A stretch of 64,000 bases of DNA. Source: Gemmatimonadota bacterium. Lineage in GTDB: Bacteria; Gemmatimonadota; Gemmatimonadetes; Palauibacterales; Palauibacteraceae. The stretch covers positions 1,664,846 to 1,728,845 of the forward strand of contig CP070670.1 in NCBI GenBank assembly GCA_020351855.1, in the 5' to 3' direction. The notes beneath the pieces are model-generated. The model was not told the origin of the DNA and did not search any database. It saw nothing but the letters and a program-made list of their open reading frames with translations. Both the position numbers and the translations under genes were made by a program. Positions 11,182-21,362 of this stretch are shown here, one piece after another (the stretch's first letter is position 1; every line of letters begins with the position of its first letter).

Positions 11182-12039
11182 TCACTCGGTGACGTCGAAG
11201 CGGGCGAAGCGCGTGACTGCCACGTCGGCCCCCGCCTCCTTCAGGAGATCCGAGATCTTCCGATCCGGGTCCTTGACGAACGGCTGCCAGAGGAGGGCGG
11301 CCTGCTCGTAGAACTTCCGCATCCGTCCCTCCACGATCTTCTCGGCGATCTCGGGAGGCTTGCCCTCCGCCGTCGCCTGTTCGATCAGCACGCGACGCTC
11401 ACGCTCCCGCTCCTCCTCAGGGATGTCGTCGGGCGAGATGCCGGCCGGTCGGCTGGCGGCGATATGCATGGCCAGATCCCGCGCCAGGGCCGTGAGATCG
11501 GTCGACTCGCCCGCTCCCTCCAGCTCGACCAGCACACCGATGCGGTTTCCGAAGTGAACGTAGCTGGCCAGCGTGCCTCCCGGCGTCGGCTCGAAGCGGA
11601 CGAAGCGCGTCAGGGCAAGGTTCTCGCCGATCCTGGCGCGCAGGTCGTCGAGCTCCGTGCCAAGGGGCGCCTCCGGCGGCAGGTCCAGCAGCTCCTCGCC
11701 GGGTCGAGGCTCCCCGGTCGGAGCGTGCGCGAGGGCCGTCTCGGCCGCTCGATTCGCGAAGGCGAGAAAATCGTCGTTCCGCGCCACGAAGTCGGTCTCG
11801 CTCGCCACCTCGACCATCGCGACGGCTCCTGTCGCCTCATCGCGGGCGATCGCCACGGTGCCCTCGCTGACGTCGCGGTGCGAACGCTTCGCCGCCTTGG
11901 CCGCGCCGCTCTTCCGCAGAATGTCGATCGCCTGCTCCTCGTCGCCGCCCGCCTCCTGCAGGGCACGCTTGCAGTCCATCATGCCGGCCCCCGTCCTCTC
12001 GCGGAGGGCCTTGACCGCTGCAGCCGTGATCTCGCTCAT
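11182..12039 (-). CDS. tsf: translation elongation factor Ts
   Basis: UBA-like N-terminus ([24 protein letters not shown]) and an EF-Ts dimerisation domain. It sits in the rpsB-tsf-pyrH-frr order. Confidence 0.9.
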   Translation of the reverse strand: MSEITAAAVKALRERTGAGMMDCKRALQEAGGDEEQAIDILRKSGAAKAAKRSHRDVSEGTVAIARDEATGAVAMVEVASETDFVARNDDFLAFANRAAETALAHAPTGEPRPGEELLDLPPEAPLGTELDDLRARIGENLALTRFVRFEPTPGGTLASYVHFGNRIGVLVELEGAGESTDLTALARDLAMHIAASRPAGISPDDIPEEERERERRVLIEQATAEGKPPEIAEKIVEGRMRKFYEQAALLWQPFVKDPDRKISDLLKEAGADVAVTRFARFDVTE

Positions 12040-12154
12040 CCTCTTCTATCCTTCCACTCTCTCATCCATTGACCCCACATCGATCTTCGGGCGGCGCCCC
12101 ACGGCGACACCCCGCCCCGGAAATGCATCCACGTGGCCGCACGCCGACGAAAAA

Positions 12155-12183
12155 AAAGGCCACCGCGCGGTGGCCTTTGCGGC
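12155..12183 (-). terminator. rho-independent terminator downstream of rpsB
   Basis: On the minus strand, ggccaccgcgcggtggcc is followed by ttttttttcg, just after the rpsB stop and before tsf. Confidence 0.6.
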
Positions 12184-13203
12184 TCATGTGCCCGCCCCGC
12201 GCTCCGATTCACCTCCGGACGGCTCCGGGGACACGGCCACGGCCTCCCCCGAGGATTCCTCGGCAGCCTCCGGGGCCGCCTTGGCGGCCGCTTCCTCGGC
12301 AGCCTCCGGGGCCGCCTCCGCCGACGGCCCGTCCTCGGAAGGCTTTTCCGTCTCGGCGTCTGCCAGGTGTAGCCGCTGCGCGATCACCTCCGGCTTCGGG
12401 CGCCGGCGGGGGCGGGGCTTCCGTCGCTTGCGGCGCACCGTCTTCTCGTCCCTCGCGGTCATGTCGGAGGAGTAGGTGTATGCCTCCTCCTCGTCCTCCG
12501 CGACCGCCACCAGCTGGGGAGCCTCTCGCGCCGCCTGCTCGAGCGCGTCGGCAATCACCCGCGTGATCAGCGACACCGAGCGGATCGCGTCGTCGTTGCC
12601 CGCGATCGGGATGGTGATCACGTCCGGGTCCGCGTTCGTGTCGGCGATGGCCACCACCGGGATGCCCAGGCGGTTGGCCTCGCGGACCGCAATCTCCTCT
12701 TTCTTCGCGTCGACCACGAAGACGACGCCGGGTAGCCGGGACATCTCCTTGATCCCGGACAGGTACCGCTCGAGCTTCTCGCGCTCGCGCCCGAGCAGCA
12801 GCTGTTCCTTCTTCGTGTAGAAGTCGAACGCCCCTTCGTCCGAGCCGCGCTCCAGCTCCTTGAGACGCGAGATGTTCTTCTTGATCGTCTGGAAGTTCGT
12901 CAGCATGCCGCCCATCCAGCGCTCGGTCACGTAGAAGGCACCGGCCCGCTCCGCCTCGGCCCTGACGATCTCCTTGAGCTGTGGCTTCGTGCAGACGAAA
13001 AGCACGGATCGGCCGGCAAGCACCGTCTCGCGGATCAGCTCCCGGGCACGCCGGATCTCGTTCAGCGTCTTCTTCAGATCGATGATGTAGATCCCGCCGC
13101 GCTCCGCGAAGATGTACCGCTTCATCTTCGGGTTCCAGCGGTGCGTCTGGTGCCCGAAATGAACACCCGCCTGCAGCAGATCCTTCAGACCGACATCCGG
13201 CAT
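12184..13203 (-). CDS. rpsB: 30S ribosomal protein S2 with ~90-aa low-complexity (Pro/Ala/Glu/Arg-rich) C-terminal extension
   Basis: S2 signature LLQAGVHFGHQTHRWNPKM. Start at MPDVGLKD (ATG at 13201-13203). The tail RRKRRKPRPRRRPKPE...AAPEAAEEAAAKAAPEAAEE lies beyond the canonical S2 fold. Confidence 0.9.
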   Translation of the reverse strand: MPDVGLKDLLQAGVHFGHQTHRWNPKMKRYIFAERGGIYIIDLKKTLNEIRRARELIRETVLAGRSVLFVCTKPQLKEIVRAEAERAGAFYVTERWMGGMLTNFQTIKKNISRLKELERGSDEGAFDFYTKKEQLLLGREREKLERYLSGIKEMSRLPGVVFVVDAKKEEIAVREANRLGIPVVAIADTNADPDVITIPIAGNDDAIRSVSLITRVIADALEQAAREAPQLVAVAEDEEEAYTYSSDMTARDEKTVRRKRRKPRPRRRPKPEVIAQRLHLADAETEKPSEDGPSAEAAPEAAEEAAAKAAPEAAEESSGEAVAVSPEPSGGESERGAGT

Positions 13204-13249
13204 GCGATTGGCGACTCCTACGTCCATATGGTGTGCAACGCCTTCGGCG

Positions 13250-13642
13250 CTACCGCTTCGAGAACTGGAAGCGCTTGCGCGCCTTCGGCTGTCCAGGCTT
13301 CTTGCGCTCTACGCTTCGCGGGTCCCGCGTCAGCAGACCGTGCGAGCGCAGCGTGGACCGCCGATCCGGGTCGTGGGCGACAAGGGCCCGGGCAACGGCG
13401 AGCTGAACGGCTCCGGCCTGGCCGGTTTGGCCGCCCCCCCGCACGCGGACCAGCAGATCATACGATCCGTCGGCGTCGACGACGCCGAGCGGACGCGCCA
13501 CGACGTCCCGGTGCCTCGGCATCGGAAAGTATTCCTCGATCGTGCGGCCGTTCACCTCCCACCGGCCCGTCCCGGGCCTCAGGGTGACCCGCGCTACCGC
13601 GGACTTGCGGCGGCCGACCGCCTGTACGGGCGTATCCGTCAA
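13250..13642 (-). CDS. rpsI: 30S ribosomal protein S9
   Basis: S9 family with the C-terminal KARKRFQFSKR. Confidence 0.9.
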   Translation of the reverse strand: MTDTPVQAVGRRKSAVARVTLRPGTGRWEVNGRTIEEYFPMPRHRDVVARPLGVVDADGSYDLLVRVRGGGQTGQAGAVQLAVARALVAHDPDRRSTLRSHGLLTRDPRSVERKKPGQPKARKRFQFSKR

Positions 13643-13679
13643 TCTTCCTCCTCGATCGTCACGTCGCGGGCCTCGGGCC

Positions 13680-14108
13680 TCAGATCTCCAGAGGCTCGGG
13701 CTGCTGGGCCTCGTGCGGATGCTCCGGACCCGCGTACACCTTCAGCTTGTCCAGCATCGCCCGGCCGAGAGCGTTCTTCGGCAGCATACCCTTGACGGCG
13801 AGCCTGATGACCCGGTCGGGATGGCGCTCCCGCATCCGGCGGAACGGAATCTGCCGGTCGCCGCCCATGTACCCGCTGTGACGGAAGTACGTCTTCTGCG
13901 CCGCCTTCCGGCCCGTGAGCCGGACCTCCTTCGCGTTGACGACGATCACGAAGTCCCCGACGTCCAGGTGAGGACTGAAGGTCGGCTTGTGCTTGCCTCG
14001 CAATATGGTCGCGATTGAGGACGCGAGACGGCCCAGCACCTGGTCCTTGGCATCGACCACGTACCAGCGCCGCTCGATCTCGCCCGCCTTGACCGCGTAC
14101 GTCTTCAT
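13680..14108 (-). CDS. rplM: 50S ribosomal protein L13
   Basis: L13 family ([33 protein letters not shown]). This is the rplM-rpsI operon. Confidence 0.9.
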   Translation of the reverse strand: MKTYAVKAGEIERRWYVVDAKDQVLGRLASSIATILRGKHKPTFSPHLDVGDFVIVVNAKEVRLTGRKAAQKTYFRHSGYMGGDRQIPFRRMRERHPDRVIRLAVKGMLPKNALGRAMLDKLKVYAGPEHPHEAQQPEPLEI

Positions 14109-14171
14109 TCCGAATCGTATTTCCGCACCACTCCGGAGCCGTCCCCGGTCGTGGCATCACGGTGAAAAAAG

Positions 14172-14205
14172 GAGCCGCCCGTCACGGACGGCTCGCGGCG
14201 AATCT
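14172..14205 (-). terminator. rho-independent terminator downstream of sigma factor gene
   Basis: On the minus strand, gagccgtccgtgacgggcggctc is followed by cttttttcacc, 3' of the sigma-factor stop. Confidence 0.55.
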
Positions 14206-14277
14206 CTCGCAGCCCCGAAGTCTATTTTTTTCAACCGGAAGTGTCAACCCGAGCCGCCCGCGCCCAAGACCACCACC

Positions 14278-15075
14278 CTAGAGCCTGAAGCTCTCCAGCT
14301 CCCGCCCCAGGAGACCGCATCGCAGCCGCCTCAAGGCCCGCTCGCGAATCTGCCTTACGCGCTCGCGTGAGACTCCCAGCCGCGCCCCGACCTCGCGGAG
14401 ATCCAGGGGTTCGCCGTCGTCGAGGCCGAAGCACAGCCGCAGCACCGTCGCCTCGCGTTCATCGAGCAGCTCCATGCCGGCCTGCAGAACATCTCGCAGC
14501 GCCCGGCGGTCGACCCGACCGGCCGGATCGCTACCGCCCGTCTGCCGCGCCAACAGCTCACCGAGGGGCGCCCCGCCGGCCCGCCGTGCCGTGCCGGCCG
14601 GACCATCGAGGGAGAGATAGCGAACCCCGAACGGACGCCGAGGATCCCCAGCCGGACCCCGATCGAGCCCCGCCTTCGGCGCCGGGACCCTCACGATCGA
14701 GGCGTGCTCTCGAATCGCGCCGATCATCGACTGCCGGATCCACCATACGGCGTAGCTGGTGAAGCGCACGCCCCTTCGCTCATCGAACCGCTCGGCCGCC
14801 TGGAGGAGCCCCACGTTCCCCTCCGTCACCAGTTCCTCGAGCGGGACCCCGACGTGGCGGTAGCGCTTTGCCACGGAGACGACGAACCGCAGGTTCCCGG
14901 TGACCAGCCGCTCCAGCGCGGCCCGGTCTCCGGCCCGGACGCGCCGAGCCAGGGCGACCTCCTCCCCAGGCTCGAGAAGGGGGTGTCGGCTGATCTCCTC
15001 CAGATAGAGGGCGAACGAATCCCGGGGCGCACCGGGACGCACCGGTCCCGACGCCCGGAACGGCGTGAAGGCCAT
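14278..15075 (-). CDS. RNA polymerase sigma factor, sigma-70 family (group 3-like, ~265 aa)
   Basis: Region 2 (NLRFVVSVAKRY...EGNVGLLQAAERFD...RFTSYAVWWIRQSM) and a region 4 helix-turn-helix (LREVGARLGVSRERVRQIRERALRRLR). Confidence 0.85.
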   Translation of the reverse strand: MAFTPFRASGPVRPGAPRDSFALYLEEISRHPLLEPGEEVALARRVRAGDRAALERLVTGNLRFVVSVAKRYRHVGVPLEELVTEGNVGLLQAAERFDERRGVRFTSYAVWWIRQSMIGAIREHASIVRVPAPKAGLDRGPAGDPRRPFGVRYLSLDGPAGTARRAGGAPLGELLARQTGGSDPAGRVDRRALRDVLQAGMELLDEREATVLRLCFGLDDGEPLDLREVGARLGVSRERVRQIRERALRRLRCGLLGRELESFRL

Positions 15076-15141
15076 AGGCGACTCTGTAGCTGAGAGGGTT
15101 CCGGTCGGGAGAAGCGATGCCGCCGCCCCGGGCGGTCTCTG

Positions 15142-15930
15142 CTAGCGAATGAGGTTCAGCAGCCGGTCCCAGCGGATCTCGGTGAGCCACGGGAACGGCA
15201 CGATCTCCTGCCGATCGTACGAATAGTAGATGATCAGGGGCTTCCCCTTGATGGCATCGGCCGGCACGAATCCCCAGTAGCGAGAATCCTCCGAGTTGTC
15301 ACGGTTGTCACCCATGACGAAGTAGCGGCCTTCGGGCACGGCGATCGGGCCCCAGTTGTCGCGGGTCGGACGATACTCTCCCTGATGCCGGCCGTCCCGC
15401 ACAAGGTAGCTCCGCTGCCAGCGGAACTGCGGACTGTACGGGTCCTCGAACGGCCGCGAATGCTGGGCATAGGGCTCTTCGAGCACCTCCCCGTTCAGGT
15501 GGAGCACGCCCTCGGCCATGTGCAGCGTGTCGCCCGGGATCCCGACGATCCGCTTGACGTAGTTCGTCCGCTCGGGCTGGCCGGCCGCCGAGGGCGGCTC
15601 GAACACGACGATGTCGCCTCGCTCCGGCGCGTCGAACGCCGGCAGCCTCGCGGCGGTGCCGGGTATCTCGGCACCGTAGACCATCTTGTTGACCAGCAGG
15701 AAATCGCCGACCAGCAGCGTGCTCTCCATCGACGCGGTGGGGATCTGGAAGGCCTCCACGACGAAGGCGCGCACGACGAGGAAGAGGACGAACGCCACGA
15801 GGATCGACTTCGTCCACTCCCAAACCCACCGGACTCCGCCGGGCTTCGAGGCCGGCGCGCTCGCCACCGCATCCTCGCCGCCCGCCCGGCGCTTCTCTGT
15901 CGGTCCAGCCTGCTGTCGTGTCGTCGCCAT
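15142..15930 (-). CDS. lepB: signal peptidase I
   Basis: S26 catalytic boxes (IPTASMESTL ... GDNRDNSEDSRYWGFV). Start at MATTRQQ (ATG at 15928-15930). Confidence 0.85.
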   Translation of the reverse strand: MATTRQQAGPTEKRRAGGEDAVASAPASKPGGVRWVWEWTKSILVAFVLFLVVRAFVVEAFQIPTASMESTLLVGDFLLVNKMVYGAEIPGTAARLPAFDAPERGDIVVFEPPSAAGQPERTNYVKRIVGIPGDTLHMAEGVLHLNGEVLEEPYAQHSRPFEDPYSPQFRWQRSYLVRDGRHQGEYRPTRDNWGPIAVPEGRYFVMGDNRDNSEDSRYWGFVPADAIKGKPLIIYYSYDRQEIVPFPWLTEIRWDRLLNLIR

Positions 15931-16090
15931 GCATCCCTCGGTTGACCGTAGCATCTGCGTTACACGCGGCCGGCAGCACCCGTTCCGCTCACCAGCATAC
16001 GCAGGCCCGCGTACCGAACCAGCGCGCGTTCACGGGCAGAATGTATGTGGCACCCTCAAGCTTTGCTCATCCGGAGACTCCGATCCCCGA

Positions 16091-17641
16091 TCACCAGGTC
16101 ACGTCGATCTGGGCACGCTGCAGGCGGCCGCTGTAGTCGACGTAGGCCACCTTCGTCTCGGAGTAGAAGTCGTAAACTTCCCAGCCGCCTTCCCGGTGGC
16201 CGTTGCCCGTTTGCTTGACTCCTCCGAACGGCAGGTGCGCCTCCGCCCCGATCGTCGGGGCGTTCACGTAGGTGATGCCCGTATCCAGCGCCTCGATCGC
16301 ACGGAAGGAGGCTTCCACGTCCCGCGTGTAGATCGAGGACGACAGCCCGTAGATCACCCCGTTGTTGATCTCGATCGCCTCGTCCAGGGTCCGGAACCGC
16401 ACGACCGAGAGCACCGGCCCGAAGATCTCCTCCTGCTCGACGCGCATCCCCGGCCGCACGCCGGTCAGGATGGTCGGCTCGTAGAAGAAGCCCTCAGCCA
16501 GGTCCGCGGCCTCGGGGACCGCGCCGCCGCACGCGACCTCGGCGCCCTCGCCTCGCGCGATGTCGACGTATTCCTGCACCTTCCGTACCGCATCCTCGTG
16601 GATGAGCGGGCCTACATCCGTCTCGGACTCCAGGCCATCGCCCAGGCGGAGTGCCTTCGTCTCCGCGATCAGACGCTCCAGGAAGGCGTCATGGATCTCC
16701 TCATGGAGGAGCAGCCGGCTCGTGGCCGTGCAGCGCTGGCCCGTCGTGCCGAACGCACCCCACAGAACGCCCTCGATCGCCAGATCCGTGTCCGCGTCGG
16801 GGAGCACGATCTGGGCGTTCTTGCCTCCCATCTCGAGAGAGCACCGCTTGTGCATCCTCCCGCATGTCTCGCCGATGGCGCTGCCGATCTCCGTGGAGCC
16901 GGTGAACGAGATCCCGGCGATCTCCGGATGATCGACCATCGCCTGGCCCGCCGCCCGCCCGGCGCCGTGCACGAGCTGGATGCAGCGCGGCGGCACACCG
17001 GCTTCCAGGAGGGCTTCGACGAACAGGTGCGCGGAGTGGGGAACGACGGCCGCAGGCTTGAACACCACGGCGTTCCCGCACAGCAGGGCCGGAAAGATCT
17101 TCCAGCTCGGAATCGCCACCGGGAAGTTGAACGGAGTGATCACGCCGAATACGCCGATGGGCCGACGAAAGCTCATGGCCCACTTGTCGCGGAGCTCGGA
17201 GGGAACCGTGTGGCCGAACAGGCGGCGGCCCTCGCTCGAGGCGTAGTACCCCGTATCGATCGCCTCCTGGACGTCACCCCGCGTCTCGTCCAGGACCTTG
17301 CCCATCTCCCGGGTCGCGGCGCGAGCGATCTCTTCCTTGTCGCTCGTCAGGCAGTCGGCCGCGTGCCGCAGGATCTCGCCGCGCTCGGGCGCCGGCACCG
17401 CCCGCCACTCTCGGAAACCCTCGCGGGCGGAGGCGACGGCCAGCTCCACATCAGCCGGGCCGGAGAGCGGAAAGTGGCCGATAAGGTCCGAGGCTCGGGC
17501 AGGGTTCCGGTTCTCGTAAAAGGCCCGCGTCTCGGGTTCCCTCCACTCGCCGTCGATGAAGTTGAGAAAGCGGGGGGCATCCTCGCCGGCTCCCCTCTCG
17601 CCGGCCGCTCCGGCCGCGGGCTCCGCGACTCTCGTGCTCAT
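16091..17641 (-). CDS. NAD(P)-dependent aldehyde dehydrogenase
   Basis: ALDH superfamily with the catalytic Glu in LEMGGKN and the catalytic Cys in GQRCTA. Confidence 0.9.
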   Translation of the reverse strand: MSTRVAEPAAGAAGERGAGEDAPRFLNFIDGEWREPETRAFYENRNPARASDLIGHFPLSGPADVELAVASAREGFREWRAVPAPERGEILRHAADCLTSDKEEIARAATREMGKVLDETRGDVQEAIDTGYYASSEGRRLFGHTVPSELRDKWAMSFRRPIGVFGVITPFNFPVAIPSWKIFPALLCGNAVVFKPAAVVPHSAHLFVEALLEAGVPPRCIQLVHGAGRAAGQAMVDHPEIAGISFTGSTEIGSAIGETCGRMHKRCSLEMGGKNAQIVLPDADTDLAIEGVLWGAFGTTGQRCTATSRLLLHEEIHDAFLERLIAETKALRLGDGLESETDVGPLIHEDAVRKVQEYVDIARGEGAEVACGGAVPEAADLAEGFFYEPTILTGVRPGMRVEQEEIFGPVLSVVRFRTLDEAIEINNGVIYGLSSSIYTRDVEASFRAIEALDTGITYVNAPTIGAEAHLPFGGVKQTGNGHREGGWEVYDFYSETKVAYVDYSGRLQRAQIDVTW

Positions 17642-17734
17642 CGGTCCAACCTTTCTCCGTATGGTTCCACCTATGCTCTCGTGTCGTCCGTGTCGTCCCC
17701 GGAGCCTGCTCCTCGCGGCTCCGGCAATCCTGCC

Positions 17735-18388
17735 TCAGGGCTCCGCGAGCCGAATGACCAGCTCGGCGGCTTCGATGGTCACGCTCTCGATCTCGGGCGG
17801 GATCTCCACGTTCATCGCGCGCGGGTCGCCCGGCGCCGTGGAGAAACCCAGCTGGGTGATCATCCCGGGGATGAGCAGCGGCGGAATCGGAAACAGTCCC
17901 GCCTGCAGGCTCAGGATCGCGAGCTCTCCCCGGGCGGGCCCCCTCACGCGAGGCTGGAGGCGAGCCGTGACGCGAGCCGTGTCTCCGATGAACCCCTGCA
18001 GGCGGGCGGCGGCCTCCGAATCCATGGAGGCCGCGAGCTTCTCCAGGTCGAGCAGGGCGCTCACGTCGACTGTGGAGTCCTGTAGCGACGCGAGCGGCTC
18101 GCTGATCCCGGCGGGCAGCCTCGGCGCGACCCGGAACAGGACGAGGCTCTGCACCTCGGCCTCCGTCAGCCGCACCTCCCCCGCCCTCCCCGCCTCGAAC
18201 AGCGCCCGGAGCCTCTCCTCCGCATCGGCGGCCAGCTCCTCGCTGGGCTCGGCGACGAGCACGACCTCGGCGGACCGGCCGCTCCACCACTGCTGGATCT
18301 CGGGCCCATACAACCAGGCCGCACCCCCGGCGAGGGCGAGCAGCGTAAGGCAGCCGATCCCGGAAAGACAACTCCGAATCGTCCTCAA
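17735..18388 (-). CDS. hypothetical secreted/membrane-anchored protein
   Basis: N-terminal signal/anchor (CLSGIGCLTLLALAGGAAWL). Its ATG overlaps the thpR stop (ATGA at 18385-18388), and it has no recognisable domain. Confidence 0.5.
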   Translation of the reverse strand: MRTIRSCLSGIGCLTLLALAGGAAWLYGPEIQQWWSGRSAEVVLVAEPSEELAADAEERLRALFEAGRAGEVRLTEAEVQSLVLFRVAPRLPAGISEPLASLQDSTVDVSALLDLEKLAASMDSEAAARLQGFIGDTARVTARLQPRVRGPARGELAILSLQAGLFPIPPLLIPGMITQLGFSTAPGDPRAMNVEIPPEIESVTIEAAELVIRLAEP

Positions 18389-18966
18389 TCCCGCCTCCCT
18401 TCATCCCGTGACTCTCCGGCCAGGGCAGCCGACGCGAGCACCTCGTACTCCGCTCCCGAAGGCCGGAGATGGCTTCGCATGAGATCGACCCGTCGCACCC
18501 ACCAGGATGCGGAGACCGCCGCGCGTCGCACCAGCGCATCGAGCGCCGGCCCATCGATCCGCTGGCCGCGGCGGGTCCGGCCCAACGTGAGGTGCGCTCT
18601 AAAGGGGCGATCCTCGCGCCCGATCCCGACCGTCTCCAGTTGCTCCTCCAGATCCCGCTGCAAGGCCGAGAGCGCCTCGCCCGCCGCCAGACCGAGCCAT
18701 ATGACCCGGGGGCGTCGGAGGCTCGGGAAGGCTCCCGGGACGGTGATCTGTGCCTCGAACGGACGGTGCCCTGCCGCGACCTCACGCACGACCCGCTCGA
18801 CCTCCGCTGCCCGCCCCTCCCCGACCTCGCCAATGAAGCTCAGCGTGAGGTGGATGTTGAGCAGCGGCACCCACCGAACGCCGGGTAGACTTCGGAGATC
18901 CCGCGTGCCTGCGTCGACGCGCTCGCGGACGCGATCGGGCAGATTGATCGCCACGAAGAGCCTCAC
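18385..18966 (-). CDS. thpR: RNA 2',3'-cyclic phosphodiesterase (2H phosphoesterase, LigT/ThpR)
   Basis: Two H-x-T-x motifs (HLTLSFIG, HLTLGR). The probable start is the GTG at 18966 (VRLFVAINLP); the ORF is open to 19053. Confidence 0.8.
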   Translation of the reverse strand: MRLFVAINLPDRVRERVDAGTRDLRSLPGVRWVPLLNIHLTLSFIGEVGEGRAAEVERVVREVAAGHRPFEAQITVPGAFPSLRRPRVIWLGLAAGEALSALQRDLEEQLETVGIGREDRPFRAHLTLGRTRRGQRIDGPALDALVRRAAVSASWWVRRVDLMRSHLRPSGAEYEVLASAALAGESRDEGRRD

Positions 18967-19092
18967 CTTGCCGCCCCGTTCACAATTCGGAGGTAACCTG
19001 CCGTACCGAGGGCGAGCGGAGCAAGGTCGCCCCTTCCCACGCACGCTCCGCACGCCTTGCTTGCTGGAGGCGGCGACGGCCTATTGAGCACC

Positions 19093-19572
19093 ATGAGCAC
19101 CTTCGAGATCGACGTCGGGAAGAGCGAGCTCTCCTTCGCCGCCGGGCACTTCATTACGTACGGGGGCGGCCGCTGCGAGCGACTGCACGGCCACAACTAC
19201 CGGGTGGGGGTGCGGATCCGCGGCGCGCTGAACGAGGACGGACTGGTCTACGACTTCGTGGCCCTGAAGCAGCGAGTCACGGCGCTCGTGGCCGATCTGG
19301 ATCACAAGATGCTCGTTCAGACCGCAAACCGGACACTGGTGGTGGAGTGCGATGAGCAGCGGGTTCGGGTCGTGCACGGCGAGCACACCTACGTCTTCCC
19401 GCGACGCGACGTCGTCCTGCTGCCGATCGAGAACACGACGGCCGAGCTGCTTGCCGAGCACCTGGCGGGGCTCCTGGTGGAGGAGATCGGCGGACGCCCC
19501 AACCTCGAGACGATCGAGGTCGAGGTCGAGGAATCTCCCGGCCAGTCCGCCACCTTCCGGCAGTCCCTCTAG
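19093..19572 (+). CDS. queD: 6-carboxy-5,6,7,8-tetrahydropterin synthase (QueD/PTPS family)
   Basis: PTPS motif CERLHGHNY. Start at MSTFEIDV (ATG at 19093). Confidence 0.85.
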   Translation: MSTFEIDVGKSELSFAAGHFITYGGGRCERLHGHNYRVGVRIRGALNEDGLVYDFVALKQRVTALVADLDHKMLVQTANRTLVVECDEQRVRVVHGEHTYVFPRRDVVLLPIENTTAELLAEHLAGLLVEEIGGRPNLETIEVEVEESPGQSATFRQSL

Positions 19573-19622
19573 AGACCGACACCCGCTCGGAGCGACGGGA
19601 CCGGGTAGGCCGGCGAGGCCGC

Positions 19623-21362
19623 GTGGACGAGATGGCATGGGCCGTGGCGGCGGTCGGCGACCTGCCGTTCCTGCGCGAGATGATCGCGATCTTCGCCGTC
19701 GGCAGCGCCCTCGTCTACATCGCACACCGGCTGAAGCTGGTCCCCATCGTCGGCTTCCTCCTGACCGGCGTGATCATTGGCCCCTACGCGCTCGGTCTGG
19801 TCCGCGACATCGACCTCATCGAGAGCACCGCCGAGGTGGGCGTCATCCTGCTCCTGTTCACGATCGGGGTGGAGTTCAGCCTGGAGAAGCTGTTCCGGAT
19901 CCGTCGGTACATCGTGCTCGGCGGGGGACTACAGGTGGGCGTCACGGTCGGTCTCGTGGCCCTGCTTCTGGCCGGGCTCGGGATCGACTGGCGTCACGGC
20001 ATCTACACGGGCTACCTCGTAGCCCTCAGCAGCACGGCGATCGTTCTCAAGCTCCTGCACGAGCGCGCCCGCATCGACACGCCGACGGGCCAGATCTCGC
20101 TCGGCATCCTCATCTTCCAGGACCTGTCGATCGTCATCATGGTCCTCACGATCCCGATACTCGGGAGCGGCGGTGGCTCGCCGGGAGCGATCGCGCTCGC
20201 CCTCCTCGAGGGCATCCTCATCATCGCCCTCGTGGTGGAGGGCGCCCGGCGCATCGTCCCGCCGGTCCTCGATCGGGTCGCCCACCTGCGGAGCCCCGAG
20301 CTGTTCCTCCTGGTCGTGGTCGTCATCTGCTTCGGCATCGCATGGCTGGCGAGCCTGGCGGGCGTCAGCCTGGCCCTCGGGGCCTTCCTGGCCGGGCTGG
20401 CGGTCAGCGGGAGCCGCTTCCGGGAGCACGCCGTGGGGGAGATCCTCCCCCTGCGAACCGTATTCAACGCGGTCTTCTTCGTATCCGTGGGGATGCTCCT
20501 GGACCTCCGCGTCGTCGCGCAGGAGCCGCTGCTTCTGCTGAGCGCCGTGGCTGGCGTGTTCCTGATCAAGAGCGTTCTGACCGCCGCCAGCGTGCGGGCG
20601 CTCCGCTATCCGTCCTGGACCGCGGCTGCCGTCGGCCTCGCCCTGGCGCAGATCGGCGAGTTTTCCCTGGTGCTCCACGACACCGGCCGCGAATACGGTC
20701 TCTCGCCAGCCGGACTCGGCGAGACCGGGGAGCAGGTCTTCCTTGCCGTGGCCGTCCTGCTCATGATCGCGACGCCGTTCCTCACTCAGGTGCAGCCGTC
20801 CGGCCGCCGCCTGCGCGGCCGTGGCGGGGCGCCGGCCCCGCCGACCGGAGGCGAGGCCCGGCCCGACGCGGCAGCGTCACGGCTGCGCGATCACATCATC
20901 ATCGGCGGCTTCGGGTTGACCGGCCGCTACCTCGAGCGGCTGTGCCGGACCTTCGAGCTTCCCTACTGCATCGTGGACCTCAACCCGGTGTCCGCGCTCG
21001 AGGCGGAGGCGCACGGCGTGCCTTTCCTGTACGGCGACCTGGCCCGGCCCGAGCTGCTGGATCAGGCCGGGGTGCGCGAAGCGAGGCTGCTCGTGGTGGC
21101 GATCAACGATGCCGACGCATCCTCCCGCATCGTGCAACGGGCGCGCCTCGCCAACCCCTCCCTGCCCATCATCGCGCGGGTCCGCTACGTCGTCGAGGCG
21201 AGTGGGGCACAGGATATGGGCGCCGACGCAGTGGTCGCCGAGGAGCTCGAGACCGCCCTCGTGATCGTGCAGCAGGTCGCCCGCCAGTGCGGCATCCCCG
21301 AGGAAGAGGCACGCCGGCAGGCCGAGCGGCTGCGCGCGCTGGGAGACGACCTGGCCGTCTAG
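19623..21362 (+). CDS. monovalent cation:proton antiporter-2 (CPA2, Kef-type) with C-terminal RCK/TrkA-N domain
   Basis: An Na+/H+-exchanger membrane domain of about 12 TM helices, followed by a Rossmann domain (HIIIGGFGLTGRYLERLC...LLVVAINDA). Confidence 0.85.
   Translation: MDEMAWAVAAVGDLPFLREMIAIFAVGSALVYIAHRLKLVPIVGFLLTGVIIGPYALGLVRDIDLIESTAEVGVILLLFTIGVEFSLEKLFRIRRYIVLGGGLQVGVTVGLVALLLAGLGIDWRHGIYTGYLVALSSTAIVLKLLHERARIDTPTGQISLGILIFQDLSIVIMVLTIPILGSGGGSPGAIALALLEGILIIALVVEGARRIVPPVLDRVAHLRSPELFLLVVVVICFGIAWLASLAGVSLALGAFLAGLAVSGSRFREHAVGEILPLRTVFNAVFFVSVGMLLDLRVVAQEPLLLLSAVAGVFLIKSVLTAASVRALRYPSWTAAAVGLALAQIGEFSLVLHDTGREYGLSPAGLGETGEQVFLAVAVLLMIATPFLTQVQPSGRRLRGRGGAPAPPTGGEARPDAAASRLRDHIIIGGFGLTGRYLERLCRTFELPYCIVDLNPVSALEAEAHGVPFLYGDLARPELLDQAGVREARLLVVAINDADASSRIVQRARLANPSLPIIARVRYVVEASGAQDMGADAVVAEELETALVIVQQVARQCGIPEEEARRQAERLRALGDDLAV

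Noticed and set aside
15686-18085. 799-aa plus-strand ORF over lepB/aldehyde dehydrogenase
   Set aside because: Antisense to two well-supported genes, with low-complexity composition.
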